DNA of 32,000 bases, from NCBI GenBank assembly GCA_964354495.1, contig CAYHAA010000004.1:1-32000 (forward strand). Direction: 5' to 3'. This DNA comes from an uncultured archaeon (GTDB taxonomy: Archaea > Asgardarchaeota > Thorarchaeia > Thorarchaeales > Thorarchaeaceae). Below, one piece after another: positions 16,841 to 25,700 of this stretch (position 1 is the first letter of the stretch; the number at the start of each line of letters is the position of its first letter). The notes below the pieces were generated by a model. The model saw nothing but the letters and a program-made list of their open reading frames with translations. It was not told the origin of the DNA and searched no databases. The position numbers and the translations under genes are program-made.

Positions 16841-18046
16841 ATGACTCATGATTTGATTGTTGTCGGTGGCGGACCAGCAGGCGCTGCATGTGCGAGAAGA
16901 GCGGCACAGCGTGGACTTGACGTAGTTGTTATTGAGAAGGCTGTGCATCCTCGCAGGAAAGCTTGCGGCGGCGGATTCAGACCGGGGCTTCTTGACCTGT
17001 TGGACTTCGATGCTAGCCCAGCTCTGGATAGGGAGTCGTGCGGGTCACATCTATTCTCACCTTCACGAACAAAGGTCGTAGCAACAAAAGACATGATAAC
17101 GGGATATCTGGTCAGACGTGAGGTGTTTGACAAGTTACTGCTGGATAAGGCGAAGGAGGCTGGAGCTGAGGTCATCTCAGAAGTCGAAGTCATCAATGTC
17201 ACGGAATCTGCAGAAGACGTCGTTGCTCATCAGGCAGACGGAGGAAGCGTCAGGGGAAAGTACCTCGTCGGAGCGGATGGCGTCAATAGTAGAGTGGCCA
17301 GAAGTTCGGGTCTGAAACCGCATTGGAGAGATGACGAGATTGGTTTGTGTTTTGAGGCACGGGTTCCGATGGACGAGTCTGACATTGTCAGGATAACAAA
17401 GGGGCCATATGCCCGAGACCTCTTCTGCATCCAGATCTATTTCGGCGGCATTGAACATGGATATGCGTGGTGTTTTCCCAAGAAAAGAGAGGTCTCCCTT
17501 GGAATGGGATGCCTGATGCCATATGCAGCAGATCTCAAGAGAGCATGGACCAGATTCACTTCTGAGTTCAGCAAGATGTATGAGGTCAATGTTGACCTCA
17601 GCGAAGCAACTGCTATGAGAGTTCCCCTCAAAGAACCTGCTGATAGGACTGTGACCAAGCGTATTCTGCTTGCTGGAGATGCTGGAGGCTTTGTCTCAGC
17701 TGCAACAGGCGAAGGTATGTGCTATGCAATCGAAACAGGCCAGATTGCTGGAGAAACAGTCAATGACCTCATTCAGCGGCGTGCAAATGATACGACCGCG
17801 TACGAGCAAAGATGGAAGAAGACAATCGGCAAAGAGCTCAAGGTTTCAAAGTTTCTGGCGAACCTCTTGTTCAACTCTGAGAAGAACATGGAGCTAGCTG
17901 TTCAGATGGCAGCCCGGGATGAGGTGATGCGAAGCCACATGACTGACCTGATCGGGGGTCTGAAACCCTATTCAGACGTGCGGACTGCGTTGATGAAGCG
18001 CGTCCTCACTCGCCATCCCTCAACAGGTCTGAAAATGCTAGTTTAG
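16841..18046 (+). CDS. Geranylgeranyl reductase family FAD-dependent oxidoreductase
   Basis: DLIVVGGGPAG, PRRKACGGG, YAWCFP, LAGDAGGFVSAATGEGM; start set at MTHDL (16787 is possible). Confidence 0.92.
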   Translation: MTHDLIVVGGGPAGAACARRAAQRGLDVVVIEKAVHPRRKACGGGFRPGLLDLLDFDASPALDRESCGSHLFSPSRTKVVATKDMITGYLVRREVFDKLLLDKAKEAGAEVISEVEVINVTESAEDVVAHQADGGSVRGKYLVGADGVNSRVARSSGLKPHWRDDEIGLCFEARVPMDESDIVRITKGPYARDLFCIQIYFGGIEHGYAWCFPKKREVSLGMGCLMPYAADLKRAWTRFTSEFSKMYEVNVDLSEATAMRVPLKEPADRTVTKRILLAGDAGGFVSAATGEGMCYAIETGQIAGETVNDLIQRRANDTTAYEQRWKKTIGKELKVSKFLANLLFNSEKNMELAVQMAARDEVMRSHMTDLIGGLKPYSDVRTALMKRVLTRHPSTGLKMLV

Positions 18047-18148
18047 ATGTCCTGAGGAGGAAGTCACGGGAAATTGAGTGGCCCCGTGTGCACTGCTCGA
18101 TTTTTGGTATAGTCGTAAATCGCTCATAGAGCACTGCAAGCGATACTG

Positions 18149-18340
18149 CTAGTCCTCAGGCAGTCTCTCAGTTAATTCTTCCCCAACTGATTCAACTTCA
18201 GCTAATCCTTTCTCACCAGCTCTTTGAGCTCTCTTCTCAAAGCCCAGTCTCTTGCCGGATTTCTCTACATGATGCGGGGATCCACCTTTCTTCTCATGGC
18301 CTTTAGCTTTTCCTTTTTCTGTCTTTCCACCTTTTGACAT
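18149..18340 (-). CDS. Small 63-aa protein, Lys/Gly-rich N-terminus and acidic C-terminus
   Basis: ATG 18340 preceded by strong SD GGAGGTG; MSKGGKTEKGKAKGHEKKGG... Confidence 0.65.
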   Translation of the reverse strand: MSKGGKTEKGKAKGHEKKGGSPHHVEKSGKRLGFEKRAQRAGEKGLAEVESVGEELTERLPED

Positions 18341-18518
18341 CACTCCACCTCCATCTTGCAGTGAATATACGCAGAAGTCACAAATGCACTTAGCCTCTAT
18401 CATCACAAAACGAGTAGACGCCTGTAGACATGTCGAACTGCCATGAGAGGCTCTAGACAACGCTTTTTACAGAGATAGCTATTTGTTATTCCTCCAAAAA
18501 AGAGGAGAAGTGTTTCTC

Positions 18519-18731
18519 ATGGAAGATGGAAGTGTCTACAAGATAATCACCCTAATCGGAACCAGCCCGAAGAGCTGGGAGGATGCTGTCAGCAAGGTAG
18601 TTGCGAAGGCAGCAAAAACCCTTCGCGATCTTCGTATTGCTGAAGTGAAAGAGCTTGACGTGAAGATTGTAGATGGCAAGATTGAAGCCTATCGTGCAAA
18701 AGTCCAGGTGAGTTTCAAATACGAAGATTAG
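18519..18731 (+). CDS. Dodecin family flavin-binding protein
   Basis: VYKIITLIGTSPKSWEDAV...KTLRDLRIAEVKELD...YRAKVQVSFKYE, 70 aa; GAGGAG upstream of ATG 18519. Confidence 0.9.
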   Translation: MEDGSVYKIITLIGTSPKSWEDAVSKVVAKAAKTLRDLRIAEVKELDVKIVDGKIEAYRAKVQVSFKYED

Positions 18732-18748
18732 GCGTTCAGAATAATATC

Positions 18749-18790
18749 TACTTAGGGGGCTAAGTACCCCCTATGTCTTTTCTTTTTGCA
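18749..18790 (+). terminator. Hairpin plus T-rich tract between convergent genes
   Basis: TAGGGGG ctaagta CCCCCTA followed by TGTCTTTTTCTTTTT. Confidence 0.55.
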
Positions 18791-18852
18791 TTCATCCTGT
18801 CTTTTTCTCGCAGCCTCGCCCTAACCTGCCCTGAGATACCTAGAATGTCGGT

Positions 18853-20127
18853 CTAGACAATGGGATACTCGAAAGATCCAAGCCACATGTCCATACCAGT
18901 AGTAACGGAAGCCGTTGAACCAGATACATACACTCCAAGACCAGAAGTCTGGATTATTGCGAAACCTGAGTCATATCCTCCGCCGGAGCCATCGAATGTC
19001 ATGTTCTGTATGTGTGTGAAGTCGGGCTTGAACTTGGCAACAAGAATATTCGGACCGCCGTCTACTTCAGTATAGACCCCCGTGAGGACTAAATCACCAT
19101 CGCCCTCAAGGAACAGAGAATACGCCGTATCCTCGCCACTGCCAGGTCCATTTATCGTCACGTTCCTGAGTAATTCAAGACTTGTGTCGAAGGCCGCAAG
19201 CCAGATGTCGAGACCTTCGCCCTCGATTGTCATTGTGCCAACGGCAAATAGCGTTCCATCGCTCGCAAGGGCAAGACCATAGCCCTTGTCTTCTCCAGTC
19301 GTCGGACCGGCTATGATTCGTTGTTCGACAATACTCAGGTCGCCATCCAGCTTGGCGAGCCATATGTCATAGTTGGAACCTGCCTGACTCATTGAGCCGC
19401 TTACATAGATGTACCCGTCGGAATCGATTTCGAAGAAGCGAGCCTTGTCAGTCATATGCGAAGGTCCGTCAAGTGTGATGTTCTCTATTTGGTTCAGATT
19501 CGTGTCGTACTTTCCGATGAAGATATTGTAGCCTTCACCAATGTCTGTCACAGTTCCTGCCACCAGCAAGTTCCCATCGTTATCGAAGGCAACACCATAT
19601 CCGTCGTCAGTTTGGTGCATGCTCCCATCGACGGTCACATTTGACACGAGCGTCAGATTGGTGTGGTATTTGGCAATCCAGATATCCCTGCCACTGGAGA
19701 GATTCACAACATAGCCAACGATGTATAGGTATCCGTCCTCTCCCAAGCAGATCGTATAGCCCATATCATCACCATGCGCCGGACCGGAGTAAGTTACATT
19801 TGATAATTGGTTCAAGGATTCATCATACTTCGCAAGCCAGACATCGGCTCCCTCTCCCGGTACTGTGATGAAACCCGTCACGTAGAGGACATGAGCGGCG
19901 TCATCAAAGACCAGTCCCACTGCCCAGTCATCGCCACCAGCGCCACCATCTAGAGCCACTGACTTGTTCAGTGCAAGAGCCTCTGGCGGCGTCTGCTGGT
20001 TAAGCCTTGTCAGGAACAGATATGATACGGCAGCCACAACAAGAATGAATGCGCAGGCATAGGCTGCAATCTTCCGCTTCCCTCGTACATTGTTCGGCTC
20101 TTTCTTGCCCTTGCTTCTCCTACTCAT
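18853..20127 (-). CDS. Type II membrane-anchored seven-bladed beta-propeller
   Basis: Start at MSRRSKGKKE (basic segment, then one TM); seven ~53-aa repeats D.GY...D.DG...V.G......DIW.AK.D. Confidence 0.85.
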   Translation of the reverse strand: MSRRSKGKKEPNNVRGKRKIAAYACAFILVVAAVSYLFLTRLNQQTPPEALALNKSVALDGGAGGDDWAVGLVFDDAAHVLYVTGFITVPGEGADVWLAKYDESLNQLSNVTYSGPAHGDDMGYTICLGEDGYLYIVGYVVNLSSGRDIWIAKYHTNLTLVSNVTVDGSMHQTDDGYGVAFDNDGNLLVAGTVTDIGEGYNIFIGKYDTNLNQIENITLDGPSHMTDKARFFEIDSDGYIYVSGSMSQAGSNYDIWLAKLDGDLSIVEQRIIAGPTTGEDKGYGLALASDGTLFAVGTMTIEGEGLDIWLAAFDTSLELLRNVTINGPGSGEDTAYSLFLEGDGDLVLTGVYTEVDGGPNILVAKFKPDFTHIQNMTFDGSGGGYDSGFAIIQTSGLGVYVSGSTASVTTGMDMWLGSFEYPIV

Positions 20128-20268
20128 ACGAGCATACTCCCAGTGCAATAGATGTGCAGTCACATTATTTCCCCTGCCGACATATAAGGATGCCATCTTA
20201 CGAAGTGAACGAGCGATTAGCCTATCGCATACACTGAGTTCTGATGAATTGACTAAGACGTTCAACTG

Positions 20269-20703
20269 CTAAGGATAGGGCGTTCTGGGAGAGCTGGCTC
20301 CAGTTCCATGCATCTGGGGCGGCTTCCATTCACCCTTGCTTATCAAGTACTCAGCTTTCTCTGCACCATCATGAATCTCAGAGACTGTTGCCAAATAGTC
20401 GCCAGCATCGTTTCGTATCGGGTATATGTACTCGTAGACATATCTCCCGATGAAATTCACCCAGCCTTCGTATTTGCTCAGTTCACCGCTCTTCAACTGA
20501 TTGATCATCTTGAGTAATCCCGGTTCGGCTCTCTTGGGATGGCAACGAAGAATTGAGGAGCCTACTCGGCTCTCAGGGTCTTGTTGAAGAAACTCTCCGG
20601 CTTTCCGATTGAACACGATAATCTGATTGTCCTTATTCAAGATGACAATTCCAACATTGAGATTCTCAACAAGCTGCTGCATCAGTTCAAGACTAAGGCT
20701 CAT
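20269..20703 (-). CDS. Stand-alone PAS domain protein (PAS_10-like)
   Basis: ENLNVGIVILNKDNQIIVFNRKA...RVGSSILRCHP...IYPIRNDAGDYLATV. Confidence 0.8.
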   Translation of the reverse strand: MSLSLELMQQLVENLNVGIVILNKDNQIIVFNRKAGEFLQQDPESRVGSSILRCHPKRAEPGLLKMINQLKSGELSKYEGWVNFIGRYVYEYIYPIRNDAGDYLATVSEIHDGAEKAEYLISKGEWKPPQMHGTGASSPRTPYP

Positions 20704-20854
20704 CGTAATTCACCCGTATGTCGACTCCTGTGATGAGTGTGACCATCTCAAATCCTTTCCGGAAAGACACAACGAAAACCAGATTGAAGTCACTGAGATT
20801 AGGACACCTATAGAAGAGAAATGGATTGTCGCTGCTGTACAGCACCATGAATAC

Positions 20855-21001
20855 TCAATCAGTTTTCTTCTCTTTCTTGGTCCACTTTCCACAGCTTACA
20901 CAGCGGAAGAAGATGGACACGATTGTTTTTCCTGCTACAACTTCGGTTTCCTCATGTTTCTCAATGAGTCTACCTCCGCAGTGCGGACACATTTCGACCA
21001 T
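20855..21001 (-). CDS. Small 48-aa zinc-ribbon protein
   Basis: MVEMCPHCGG...FRCVSCGKW; the longer N-terminal extension in the ORF track looks spurious. Confidence 0.7.
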   Translation of the reverse strand: MVEMCPHCGGRLIEKHEETEVVAGKTIVSIFFRCVSCGKWTKKEKKTD

Positions 21002-21212
21002 TATAACTTCACATCGATAGGAGCCACGCGGATAACGAGGTGGATAGATAGACACAGAGACGTATTTACTTTTCAGTAGAGGATTCCATGAAACTATTCG
21101 AAGGATGAAGGAACAATGGAAGTTTCGTGACCATTCGTTGAATGTCAAAACGAAGATGCGCGAAACCTTATTGTAGAGGTTCATCTTCAAACGTGCAGGT
21201 GAAAAATAGGGA

Positions 21213-22286
21213 ATGCCACCCTTCATCGAACTCAGCTTGATTCGAGACATCGTGTTGGTGCTTCATTCTGCTGTTGTTCTATATTCGATCCTGTTCTCTG
21301 CAACCTTCGTGACGCAATGGATCAGAAGCCCGCTTCGCAAACTCACGGATGTACGGTTGGCGTGGGCTGTGTTCATGTTTGGCATGGCATGCAACTCATT
21401 CTCATTCATCATGTCGGATTTCTACTTCACAGTCGATCCAGGTTCATTGCTGTGGACAAAGACAGGGTATCTCATGATGATGATTGCTCTGATTGGTTTC
21501 TTCCTGGCTCTGGAAAGAATACTGCCCTATCGGACGCGACATGCCTTCACTGCTGCTGGAGCCGTTGTCGCCTTTGTCACAGTTCTTGCACCGCGGGAGT
21601 TACTCACTATCATGGCTCTCAGTGCATCGCTGGTGGTCTTTGGAATTCTTGCGCTCTTCTTCTCATTCTATGTTCGAAACACCTCAGGCATTGTTCGCGG
21701 GAGCATGAGAATGATCTTCTTCGGATTCTTGGGCGGGTTCATTGGCTACATCTTGCGGAGTGATTTCATATATTACAGTCTTGGAGAGTCAGCGTATCTC
21801 CTCGGTGCATTCCTTCTCGTGACAGGGCTCGTGGTCATGGGTATTGCAGTCCTGGGCTCGCCAGCCCTGGATGAACTGGACTGGAACGAGCAGTTGCTGG
21901 AACTCTTTGTCATCCACTCAAGCGGAGTGCTCATGTATCATCATAAGTTCGTTCAGACAGTGGATTTGGACGAGAATTTGACTGCCGCGGGATTGACTGG
22001 TGCTCAAGAGCTCTTCAAGGAAATAACTCAGAGCAAGACCGGGCTCAATACGCTTTCTGTGGGCGAGGTCAACATGCTTTTTGCCCATAGGACTAATTTC
22101 ACCACTGCACTAGTCGCAAGGCGGGCATATAGGGTACTTCTCGGAAAGACAAGGGATTTTGCAGTTCAATTCGAGCTCATCTTCGGAGATGCAGTAAAGG
22201 ACTTCGGTGGAGAAGTAAGTCAGTTCGACCGAGCTAGCAGAATCGCTGTCAACGTGTTCAGTCCAGGTACAACTGAGAAGAAATAG
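21213..22286 (+). CDS. Multi-pass (~7 TM) membrane protein with C-terminal longin-like domain
   Basis: About seven hydrophobic segments, then ELFVIHSSGVLMY...DENLTAAGLTGAQELFKEI...TALVA...F...F...F pattern; GGTGA SD. Confidence 0.75.
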   Translation: MPPFIELSLIRDIVLVLHSAVVLYSILFSATFVTQWIRSPLRKLTDVRLAWAVFMFGMACNSFSFIMSDFYFTVDPGSLLWTKTGYLMMMIALIGFFLALERILPYRTRHAFTAAGAVVAFVTVLAPRELLTIMALSASLVVFGILALFFSFYVRNTSGIVRGSMRMIFFGFLGGFIGYILRSDFIYYSLGESAYLLGAFLLVTGLVVMGIAVLGSPALDELDWNEQLLELFVIHSSGVLMYHHKFVQTVDLDENLTAAGLTGAQELFKEITQSKTGLNTLSVGEVNMLFAHRTNFTTALVARRAYRVLLGKTRDFAVQFELIFGDAVKDFGGEVSQFDRASRIAVNVFSPGTTEKK

Positions 22287-22333
22287 CTTCGATACTCTAT
22301 GCAGGTGTCAGATACTCATCGGAGGCTGAATCA

Positions 22334-22594
22334 ATGCCTAGAAAGACCTACAGAGACGCACAGGGATATCTTCGGTTCATAGACTCAGGTAGACTAGTAC
22401 ATAGATGGGTGGCAAGTAAGAGACTTGGAAGATCTTTGGAACCCGGAGAAATCGTACATCATAATAACAAGATACGAACTGACAACAGAAGCACGAATCT
22501 CACCGTCTTCACTTCAAGTAAGGCTCACCATGCCCATCATATCAAGGAGATGTGGGCCGCTACTCGCAGAAAGAGAACACTGAAAGGTCGATGA
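22334..22594 (+). CDS. Small free-standing HNH endonuclease (HNH_3-like)
   Basis: VHRWVA...LGRSLEPGEIVHHNNKIRTDNRSTNL; GGAGG SD. Confidence 0.8.
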   Translation: MPRKTYRDAQGYLRFIDSGRLVHRWVASKRLGRSLEPGEIVHHNNKIRTDNRSTNLTVFTSSKAHHAHHIKEMWAATRRKRTLKGR

Positions 22595-22606
22595 ACGAGC
22601 GTGAGC

Positions 22607-22864
22607 TCAGCAGTCCTGGCAGCCTCTTGTGGTTCGTCGTAGCCTCACTTTTGTCGCTGGTAGTATCCGAGCTGGACCGTAGGATTGCTTTGTTGGAGCG
22701 TACTCACAGTCCAGTAAGGATGCGAGCCAGAGGTCGGGATAGGATTGCTTACCAACCCATGCAGGATCCGGGTTTCTTGGCCCCACTAATCGATCGTAGC
22801 CTAGGACAAGAAGGGTGAAACCTAAGGCACCAAGCACCATGTAAACGAGTAGCACGCCAAACAA
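22607..22864 (-). CDS. Small single-TM hypothetical protein
   Basis: N-terminal hydrophobic helix, repeated KQSY motif, terminal CQDC; start uncertain (22864 or 22840). Confidence 0.5.
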   Translation of the reverse strand: MFGVLLVYMVLGALGFTLLVLGYDRLVGPRNPDPAWVGKQSYPDLWLASLLDCEYAPTKQSYGPARILPATKVRLRRTTRGCQDC

Positions 22865-22905
22865 TAGTTAATATTGTTTATTAAGTTGAGGACATGGCCA
22901 AGCAT

Positions 22906-23769
22906 TCATTCATGCCGGGACAACTTCTCAAGGTATTGTATCTTTGAGAAAGAAGCACGATCGGGCCGTGCAAGGGCATCAGGAACACTCAATTCTCTGA
23001 GATCGAGTTTCATCCGTGAAGAGAACTGATCAATCCATTCCTCTCGAGCCTCACGAGCCAAGATGCTTGCAGCTGCAACAGCAATCTCGTCCTCAGCTCG
23101 TGGTCGTTGAATAAGATCGACCTTTTCGAGGTGAATGACCCGAGAGAGCCGCTGCTGTGTTTTCACTCTTGAGAACTCGTCTACTACGATTCGAATAGCC
23201 TCCGTCGAAGAGAGATTAGAATAGACGTCTGAGATTACTTTGGCGTGACCCCAAGCCAGAAGATCATTGAGATTCTTCCCTTCATTATGCAGCTCCTGAA
23301 GCCGTTTGTTGAAGGTTTCTGGTGATATGAGCAGAACACTTCTTCCCTCGCAGCCAGATTCAATCTCGACGGCAAGTTTGCTCAGCCGACGAAGTGGCAC
23401 CTCCTTGCTGTCCATGACTCCGAGGCTTTGAAGTTCTCGGGATTGGTTCTCTGTTGTTGCCACTGCCGCGACGACAAGAGGACCTAGCCATTCACCCTTG
23501 CCTGCCTCATCAGAACCGATGACGAACTTCTCTGTCGCCTCGCTCTCAGCAAGTCCTCGGACAGCTGTCTGTGCAATTGCTTCAGCGTGAGGGCCGCTAC
23601 AGACAATCTTCCCACTTGTGTATCCTACAATCGTCTCTCCATCACATCTAATCCTAAAGGCCTCGTACTCACTGTCAACTTTCAGAGAGCTTGCATGTTT
23701 GTTCGCCAGAATCAGTTGTTCGAGTCGTTTTAGGTCCTCAACCTTGACCTTGATGATTGCCTGTTTCAC
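22906..23769 (-). CDS. rnhC: Ribonuclease HIII-like protein (N-terminal TBP-like domain + RNase H2 catalytic domain)
   Basis: N-terminal YTSGKIV; GSDEAGKGEWLGPLVVAAV, MDSK, VVDEF, VAAASILAR. Confidence 0.8.
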   Translation of the reverse strand: MKQAIIKVKVEDLKRLEQLILANKHASSLKVDSEYEAFRIRCDGETIVGYTSGKIVCSGPHAEAIAQTAVRGLAESEATEKFVIGSDEAGKGEWLGPLVVAAVATTENQSRELQSLGVMDSKEVPLRRLSKLAVEIESGCEGRSVLLISPETFNKRLQELHNEGKNLNDLLAWGHAKVISDVYSNLSSTEAIRIVVDEFSRVKTQQRLSRVIHLEKVDLIQRPRAEDEIAVAAASILAREAREEWIDQFSSRMKLDLRELSVPDALARPDRASFSKIQYLEKLSRHE

Positions 23770-23818
23770 TTAGCCTCGCCCCATGCGTGGTAGACTGATG
23801 CTTCACTCTCTTTTAAGT

Positions 23819-24649
23819 CTAAAACCTTCTGACTTCAAGATTGAATTGTCGACGATTAGGGTCGAATCGAAGAAGAGAGTAGTACCCATCTTTCACAGCA
23901 GGGAGAACTGCGCAAGGAACTGATCCGACTGTGAACCTGTGGTCCCTATGGTAGTGGCCTGAGAGCACGAGCGAGGGATGATACTCATGAATGAATCTGG
24001 TTATTGCCTTGCTGCCAGTCGATACACCCTCAGGCAAATTGGGATTCATTCCTTCTTTATAGGGCGGAACGTGGGTTAGAAGCACCCTAAAAGGCAGTCC
24101 TCTAATCGCCTCATATCCGCGGAGTAGGATATCGAATATCTCGCTCTCTGTGTGTTCGAATGGGCTTCGATATTTCTCCATCTGTTGTAGTTTCTCGGGA
24201 GGCCAATTTTCAACCTCAAAGAAACCATCTCGGATGAACACACCGAAAGCGTTGAGCGTTTCAATAGATTTGGCATGAAGGCGGATAGCTGGACGCCGAT
24301 TCTCCTTGAGATACTGTCTGAGGGCATGGACGACCTCCACCGCATCAGTCACCCCGCCTACTCCGAAGAAGCCAATCTCTTCAATCTGCTTGGATGTGCC
24401 ATGTACATTAACGCCAATATCGGACATGAATTGAACAACCTCTGGTAGTGCACCATTGCCAGGCACTGCCACCATCCATTCTGCGGTATCATAGATGCAC
24501 CTGAAATTCTCAAGAGACCTCTGAGCAATCTTTCCATATTTCATCAGGTCACCCAGAAATATTACGCCATTGCATTCGCGAGCCAATCCTAGCATCTCAT
24601 CCAGATGAGCCCAGTTGTCATGAATGTCGGCGAGCACAAGGAACTCCAT
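23819..24649 (-). CDS. Calcineurin-like metallophosphoesterase
   Basis: ADIH, LGDL, PGN, THVPP, SGHYH motifs. Confidence 0.88.
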   Translation of the reverse strand: MEFLVLADIHDNWAHLDEMLGLARECNGVIFLGDLMKYGKIAQRSLENFRCIYDTAEWMVAVPGNGALPEVVQFMSDIGVNVHGTSKQIEEIGFFGVGGVTDAVEVVHALRQYLKENRRPAIRLHAKSIETLNAFGVFIRDGFFEVENWPPEKLQQMEKYRSPFEHTESEIFDILLRGYEAIRGLPFRVLLTHVPPYKEGMNPNLPEGVSTGSKAITRFIHEYHPSLVLSGHYHRDHRFTVGSVPCAVLPAVKDGYYSLLRFDPNRRQFNLEVRRF

Positions 24650-24683
24650 GGATCTTCATTCACATCCTCTGAATTCTTGCTTC

Positions 24684-25472
24684 TCAGTCTTCGCGAAGAT
24701 GAGTCACATCGCCCATGCTAAAGGCCACATCGCCGTTTTCGGTTTCAACAAGCAGAGAGCCATCATCAAGTAGCTCCTTTGCAGTACCAACATACATTCT
24801 GACTCCATTGTCAATGCGGACTCGTGCGCCCAGCGTGGAGTTCATTCTTCTCCACTCAGCTAATACGGCATCAAAGGATTCCTCAGAGCGAGTTATCTGA
24901 ATCCAGTGGTCAATGAAAGTGAGAACCTCACACAGCATCTCTTCAGGGGAGGTAATATTCCCAAGATGTTCAATAAGAGAAGTCGCAGAGTGTCTGATTG
25001 CTTCAGGAAGAACAGAGATGTCAGTGTTTAGGTTTATGCCAATACCAAGGACCACTAGATGGTCATCATGGCTGCGAGAAACCAGCTCGCTCAATATGCC
25101 GGCTACTTTGCGCTGTGATATCAAGACATCATTGGGCCATTTCAGGCGAGCTCCGTCTACTCCCATCTTTTGGAGAGCGTTGACGACTGCGCATGCACAG
25201 AGAAATCCATGTAGAGGTGCAGATTCTATCTTCAAGATGGGTCTGATGACTATTGAGAAATACAGACCTCCCATTGGAGAGGACCAGGTTCTATTGTACC
25301 GTCCTTTACCATGGGTTTGAATCTCTGAAATGATCAATAGCTCGTCGCTTAGACCTGAGTTGATACGACGCTTTGCCTCATCATTTGTAGAGTCTATAGA
25401 CGAAACGACCGCAACCTGTAGGTTGAGAGTGAGGTGCTTCAGGCACCTACGTATCGCTTCAGGCTCGACCAC
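24684..25472 (-). CDS. birA: Biotin--protein ligase (no N-terminal HTH)
   Basis: DSTN, QTHGKGRYNRTWSSP, KWPND, KVAGIL, GIGINL; GGAGTGA SD before GTG. Confidence 0.93.
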   Translation of the reverse strand: MVEPEAIRRCLKHLTLNLQVAVVSSIDSTNDEAKRRINSGLSDELLIISEIQTHGKGRYNRTWSSPMGGLYFSIVIRPILKIESAPLHGFLCACAVVNALQKMGVDGARLKWPNDVLISQRKVAGILSELVSRSHDDHLVVLGIGINLNTDISVLPEAIRHSATSLIEHLGNITSPEEMLCEVLTFIDHWIQITRSEESFDAVLAEWRRMNSTLGARVRIDNGVRMYVGTAKELLDDGSLLVETENGDVAFSMGDVTHLRED

Positions 25473-25700
25473 GGAAATCAGTCACTCCAAATACAGTGGG
25501 TCATTTGTTCACAATCAAGCCACAGACATCACTTGTACCGCACGCATATGAGCAATGTGCTGATGTCAGATTCCTTTGCCTAGGAAGATCTCGTCGGACG
25601 ACCTATGCTTCTATACTTATGGTCATGCCGGCATATGATGATGTCGTGAAGCGGTGACACATATCTACTGCAGGGGGCAGCGATTCGAGCTCATCGTGAC

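Noticed and set aside
12421-18070. GAAGTCACGGG shared at 12421 and 18060 as a REP-like element
   Set aside because: Only 11 bp, and the first copy overlaps the end of the 53-aa ORF; consistent with chance
20627-21250. Overlapping ORFs of 60-150 aa around the zinc-ribbon gene
   Set aside because: Explained as shadows or upstream extensions of the 48-aa gene and a divergent promoter region
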